Source: Syntrophales bacterium
GTDB lineage: Bacteria > Desulfobacterota > Syntrophia > Syntrophales > UBA2210
Reading direction: 5' to 3'
Length of the DNA: 64,000 nucleotides
Assembly: GCA_963666365.2 (NCBI GenBank)
Contig: CAXXNF010000002.1
Location: 1,088,001-1,152,000 of the forward strand
This document shows, one piece after another, positions 59,842-64,000 of this stretch. Each line of letters begins with the position of its first letter. Position 1 is the stretch's first letter. The translations under genes were made by a program, and so were the position numbers. The notes below the pieces were generated by a model, which did not search any database, had not been told where the DNA came from, and saw only the letters and a list, made by a program, of their open reading frames with translations.

Positions 59842-60303
59842 ATGCAAAAAGGAATCGTTGAATATATCGAAAGTTTGTATATTTTTGATGGCTTAAGGGG
59901 CAATGAACTGGCATTTACCGCAAACTTGATGGAAATTGAGTATTTTCAAAAGGATGAAATTATTTTCAAAGAAGGAGATAAAGGCGATTCGGTCTGTTTC
60001 GTTATTGAAGGTATCCTTGAAGTCATAAAAAACAACACTGCGGGAAAGAATGTAGTGATTGCTGAATTTTCAAAGGGTCACTCCATCGGTGAAATGGCCC
60101 TTATCGACAGCTACCCCAGGTCAGCCACCGTAAAGGCGCGTACAGGCGGATATCTTGTAAAGCTGACGAAACATAAATTCGAGACAATCCTGCAAGAGCG
60201 ACCCGGCACGGGAATCAAGATTCTCAAGGGAATTGCGCGCCTTTTAAGTCTTAATCTTCGCCGGACATCGGGTCATCTCGCTGAAGTGCTGTCCTCCTCC
60301 TGA
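59842..60303 (+). CDS. Stand-alone cyclic nucleotide-binding domain protein
   Basis: IFKEGDKGD, IGEMALIDSYPRSATVKA. Confidence 0.9.
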   Translation: MQKGIVEYIESLYIFDGLRGNELAFTANLMEIEYFQKDEIIFKEGDKGDSVCFVIEGILEVIKNNTAGKNVVIAEFSKGHSIGEMALIDSYPRSATVKARTGGYLVKLTKHKFETILQERPGTGIKILKGIARLLSLNLRRTSGHLAEVLSSS

Positions 60304-60316
60304 AAGATAGCCTACG

Positions 60317-60341
60317 AAAGGCCTAGTCGACGAGGCCTTTT
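60317..60341 (+). terminator. Putative terminator hairpin
   Basis: aaaggcct-agtcgacg-aggcctttt. Confidence 0.55.
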
Positions 60342-60475
60342 ATCGCGTTTCTCACCCCATGCATTCCTCCATCTTTGAAGGCGTGTCCATTCACCGGCAA
60401 GAATCTGCAAATCTCCTGCCGGTCAGACGATTCCCGGTCTTTCTTGCATAAAGGGATAGTCGGAGAGTTTCTCTT

Positions 60476-60504
60476 TTGACATTCGGCACATTACTTAGTA
60501 TAGC
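60476..60504 (+). promoter_or_regulatory. Sigma70 promoter of the CoA-transferase operon
   Basis: TTGACA-17 bp-TATAGC. Confidence 0.65.
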
Positions 60505-60639
60505 CTTCGGCAGCAGGCTCAGGCTTCAACGATTGAAGATCCCTGAAAAATCAAATAGTGTCCCTTCCCCTAAGGGACTGAAGATACCGTGATTTTTCGA
60601 GAGTTCATCATCGATACTATTTTCAGGAGGAACTACACG

Positions 60640-61695
60640 ATGGCTAATACCGGTGCATCCAAAGTGATGACGACCGCGGAAGCGATCAGCCGATTCGTCC
60701 ACGACGGCGACAGCGTCATATGCGGCAATTATACGGAGGGGCTGCCGTTCAGCCTGATTTTTGAAATTATTCGACAGAAAAAGAGGGGGCTTACCTATTA
60801 CAGTCAGTCCGGTTCGGCCGATGCGGAATTCATGGTGGCCGGCGATTGCGTTGACAGGATGTGCTCCGCCTTTATCCATAAGTGGGGGGGACGCGGCGCG
60901 GGCAGCATGGTTGAACGGTATCAGCGGTCAGGAAAAATTCAGGTAGAGGACTATTCAAATTTCACCTACAATGCCCGACTGGCGGCCGGCGCCTTCGGCT
61001 ATTCCTGTATGCCAGTGCTCCCGGCAATCATGTATTCCGATGTGTTCAAAATTAGAGGATACATGGGGGACCGGAAATTCGGCACCATCTCCTGCCCCTT
61101 TACCGGCAAAACGCTTCCCGTAGTCCCCGCGGCAAATCCCGATGTATGTCTGTTGCATGTACAGAGGGCGGATAAATTCGGCAACGCCCAGCATTGGGGA
61201 GGCCTTGGATCGACCGTGCATGCCTGTATGGCCAGCAGGAAGATCATCGTCACCTGTGAAGAACTGGTGGACAGCGATATCATAAAATCCAGCCCCCATC
61301 ACACGATCGTTCCCGCCTTCAGGGTCAACGCCGTAATAGAGGAACCTTACGGCTGCCATCCTTCGGAGCTGCCCGGGTACAGAAACCCCGACCGGGCAAT
61401 GTACAATCTGATCAATAACACCTTCTTCTCAGAGGAGGGCCTCACATCGATGTTTGATGAATGGATCTACAATCTTCCGGACCGTCACGCCTATATTCAG
61501 CATTACATCGAGGTATTCGGATCGGAGATGCTGCATCGTTATCAGGCAAAGTCATACTACTCCGCTCCTGCGAACTACGGCATCGCCTTCGAGTCGGCCT
61601 GGGACAACAATGGGATTTCCCTTGACCTGGGTGTCGACATGCAGGGACTGGACGCACTTGTGGAGCAGAAAGGAGAGCTGGTCAATGTTAAGTAA
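60640..61695 (+). CDS. Family I CoA-transferase subunit A (glutaconate CoA-transferase-like)
   Basis: AGGAGG RBS; AEAISRFVHDGD, CPFTG, PDVCLLHVQRADKFGN, PYGCHPS. Confidence 0.9.
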   Translation: MANTGASKVMTTAEAISRFVHDGDSVICGNYTEGLPFSLIFEIIRQKKRGLTYYSQSGSADAEFMVAGDCVDRMCSAFIHKWGGRGAGSMVERYQRSGKIQVEDYSNFTYNARLAAGAFGYSCMPVLPAIMYSDVFKIRGYMGDRKFGTISCPFTGKTLPVVPAANPDVCLLHVQRADKFGNAQHWGGLGSTVHACMASRKIIVTCEELVDSDIIKSSPHHTIVPAFRVNAVIEEPYGCHPSELPGYRNPDRAMYNLINNTFFSEEGLTSMFDEWIYNLPDRHAYIQHYIEVFGSEMLHRYQAKSYYSAPANYGIAFESAWDNNGISLDLGVDMQGLDALVEQKGELVNVK

Positions 61696-62515
61696 AAAAA
61701 TCACCAAGCAGGAACTGTTGATCATTACCGCAGCGCGGCAGATACATGACAGAGACGTGGTGGTCCTGGGCGTAGGACTCCCCATCCTTGCCGGCGCCAT
61801 CGCCAAGCAGACCCATGCGCCTGACGCGGTGCTCCTGATGGAATCGGGAATTATCGATTTCGAACCCTGCATCCTGCCCACGAACGTAGCCGACGCCACC
61901 TGCACCAGGGGATACGGATGCGCCATGGATCTCTTCAGCGTCTTTACCACAATTACCTACGCAGGATACCTCGACAAGGCCTTCCTCGGCGTGGCACAGA
62001 TCGACAAGTACGGCAACATCAACACCTCCTACCTGGGACCGCCCCCCTACTCCCAGCGAATTACCGCCGCGGGAGGCGCTCCGGAATTTTATTCCTATGC
62101 AAAGGAAAGCATCCTGACGATGAAAGGGACTGGATTTGTTGAAAAACTCCCCTATTTAACTTCGCCCGGCTATCTGGGAGGAGGCAACGAACGTGATGAA
62201 TCAGGGTGCTTTACGCCGGGGTCGGGGCCGAGCGTTCTGATCACTCCCAAGGGGATGTTCAAATTCGACAAGGAAACGAAGGAGATGTATCTCGATGCGC
62301 TCTTTCCCGGGGTATCGGTAGAAGATGTCAAGCGCGACATTCCCTGGGATCTGAAGGTGGCCGACACTATCCATGGATTTCCCGTACCTCATGACGAGGA
62401 GGTTGAAATTCTGCGAAAAATATCGCCCCGCGATTCCTTCTCCAACACGACCGCTCTCGAACTGGTACAGGCGCATTACGCCCGGAAAATAGCTGCAAAA
62501 AAAGCGGCTTCATAA
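61685..62515 (+). CDS. Family I CoA-transferase subunit B
   Basis: GVGLP, LMESG (putative catalytic Glu), FLGVAQIDKYGNINT, TSPG. Confidence 0.9.
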   Translation: MLSKKITKQELLIITAARQIHDRDVVVLGVGLPILAGAIAKQTHAPDAVLLMESGIIDFEPCILPTNVADATCTRGYGCAMDLFSVFTTITYAGYLDKAFLGVAQIDKYGNINTSYLGPPPYSQRITAAGGAPEFYSYAKESILTMKGTGFVEKLPYLTSPGYLGGGNERDESGCFTPGSGPSVLITPKGMFKFDKETKEMYLDALFPGVSVEDVKRDIPWDLKVADTIHGFPVPHDEEVEILRKISPRDSFSNTTALELVQAHYARKIAAKKAAS

Positions 62516-62711
62516 TAACTGAACACATGGGACAGGTCGTGCAATCACACAATGCTGCATTGTACGGCCCGCCCATGGCATTGAAGTTTTCCAATTTCAA
62601 AAAGTCTGTTTCAAAAAGACTTGATAAATAATTCACATTTCTACAGAATGAAACAGCCCGTGTAAATGCATGTATCCTCACATAATTTTGATCAGGAAGG
62701 AGGGGTCTCGA

Positions 62712-63053
62712 ATGGAACAGTCTGTTCCTTCAAAAAAGTCCGCAATGATAATCTACATTCTCTACCTTGCGGGAATTGTTTTTCCTCTCACGAGCATCGT
62801 CGGCGTCATCATGGCCTACATTTACATAAGCGATGAACAATCGTGGCTGAGGTCACACTACCATTTCCAGATCAGAACCTTCTGGATCTCAGTTCTGTTA
62901 ATGGTTGCAGGGGTACTGACCTCATCGGTCTTCATCGGTTTTGTGATCCTCCTGTTCTGGTTAATCTGGATGATAGTACGGTGCGTCAAAGGTCTGAGAG
63001 CGCTTCAAAGAGGAGCGGAACATCCCAATCCGACGGGGTGGCTCTTTGACTGA
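62712..63053 (+). CDS. Small membrane protein (DUF4870-like)
   Basis: IYILYL...SHYHFQIRTFW...RCVKGL. Confidence 0.8.
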   Translation: MEQSVPSKKSAMIIYILYLAGIVFPLTSIVGVIMAYIYISDEQSWLRSHYHFQIRTFWISVLLMVAGVLTSSVFIGFVILLFWLIWMIVRCVKGLRALQRGAEHPNPTGWLFD

Positions 63054-63122
63054 GATTCGTGGCAGATGGATCGGCACATTTCAACTGTTTTGATGACTTC
63101 ATCACATGAGGTTGGCTGAATC

Positions 63123-64000
63123 ATGTTCTCATTTCTCCCGGGCACGTTACTTGGAATAACCTGTGTGGGTTTCGTGATTCTCAATACCCTGTTCTGGGCT
63201 GTTCCGGTGCATGCCCTGGCCTTGACAAAACTTATTATCCCCTGCGAGGGCTGGCAGATCAGATGCGCCCGTTACATCATGACCGTGGTCAGAGGGTGGA
63301 TATGGGGCATTCTGGTATCATTGAAACTGACCCAGAAGGTGCAGTGGGACATCAACGATCTTTCGGGCATCAAGAGGGATGAATGGTATTTCCTCAACAG
63401 CAATCACCAGTCGTGGACCGATATCGTGGTGCTGCTGCGGACCTTCGGCAATGCAATCCCCTTTCCCAAATTTTTTCTCAAAAAGGAACTTGCCTGGATT
63501 CCTATTTTCGGCAGTGCCTTCTGGGCATTGGACTACCCCTACATGAAACGGTATTCAAAGAAGTTTCTTGACGCACATCCCGAAAAACGGGGCACGGATC
63601 TGGAAACGACAAAGAAAATGTGCGAGCGCTACCGTCACACGCCGGTTACAATCCTCAATTTTATCGAGGGGACGAGGTTTACACCGCAGAAACACAGCCG
63701 TCAGCACTCACCCTACCGGCGCCTCCTTCGCCCCAAGGCGGGGGGATTCGCCTTTGCCCTTAATGCGATGGACGGCAAGATCAAAAGGATGCTGGATGTC
63801 ACCATTGTCTACCCGGACGGTCCCCACACGTTCTGGGATTTTCTGTGCGGCCGCGTTTCACATATTATCGTACGGGTAAAAGAGAAGATAATACCCGATC
63901 GGTTTCTTCACGGCAACTATGCGAGTGACGCCGTTTTTCGCGAGGATTTTCAGATGTGGGTTGGCGATCTCTGGCACGCAAAGGACGAACTCATAGAAAT
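63123..64000 (+). CDS. YihG-like acyltransferase (PlsC family), runs off the window
   Basis: Not in the ORF track. Manual translation gives NHQSWTD, KFFLKKEL, WALDYPYMKRY, FIEGTRF, LLRPKAGG, LDVTIVYP. Confidence 0.9.
   Translation, partial: MFSFLPGTLLGITCVGFVILNTLFWAVPVHALALTKLIIPCEGWQIRCARYIMTVVRGWIWGILVSLKLTQKVQWDINDLSGIKRDEWYFLNSNHQSWTDIVVLLRTFGNAIPFPKFFLKKELAWIPIFGSAFWALDYPYMKRYSKKFLDAHPEKRGTDLETTKKMCERYRHTPVTILNFIEGTRFTPQKHSRQHSPYRRLLRPKAGGFAFALNAMDGKIKRMLDVTIVYPDGPHTFWDFLCGRVSHIIVRVKEKIIPDRFLHGNYASDAVFREDFQMWVGDLWHAKDELIE

Noticed and set aside
1..64000. CRISPR array, rRNA, transposase or integrase genes
   Set aside because: None seen

Overview
This window is mostly core-genome DNA from an anaerobic Deltaproteobacterium/Desulfobacterota, probably Syntrophia-like. 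That placement is inferred from gene content and order, not from a search. Housekeeping blocks: miaA-GT-ispG-proS-rel-amidase-rph-rdgB-tRNA-Pro; mnmA-mtaB-rnc-radical SAM-[3-gene insert]-era-der; a liv-type ABC transporter; and rpsB-tsf-pyrH-frr-uppS-cdsA-dxr-rseP-tsaB-psd-pssA-asd-rsmD-coaD-aminotransferase. Accessory parts: a ~1.1 kb higBA toxin-antitoxin islet bracketed by tRNA-Pro and a degenerate copy of its 3' half; a CoA/lipid-catabolic cluster (tandem SDR, MBL hydrolase, cNMP protein, thiolase-fold gene, DUF35) divergent from an AOR plus class II aldolase-like pair; a six-PAS histidine kinase; and a family I CoA-transferase. The strongest finding is that the two thiolase 'fragments' in the ORF track are one 384-codon frame with a single in-frame UGA at codon 87. 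This lies about where thiolases carry their nucleophilic Cys and is followed by a SECIS-like hairpin, making it a candidate selenocysteine-containing Ltp2-type thiolase/aldolase paired with a DUF35 protein. Other findings: a CTG-initiated rdgB, a leaderless higB, a switch-like structured leader before the CoA-transferase, and a pseudo-enzyme SDR domain. All calls come from reading motifs by eye; no searches or folding programs were run.
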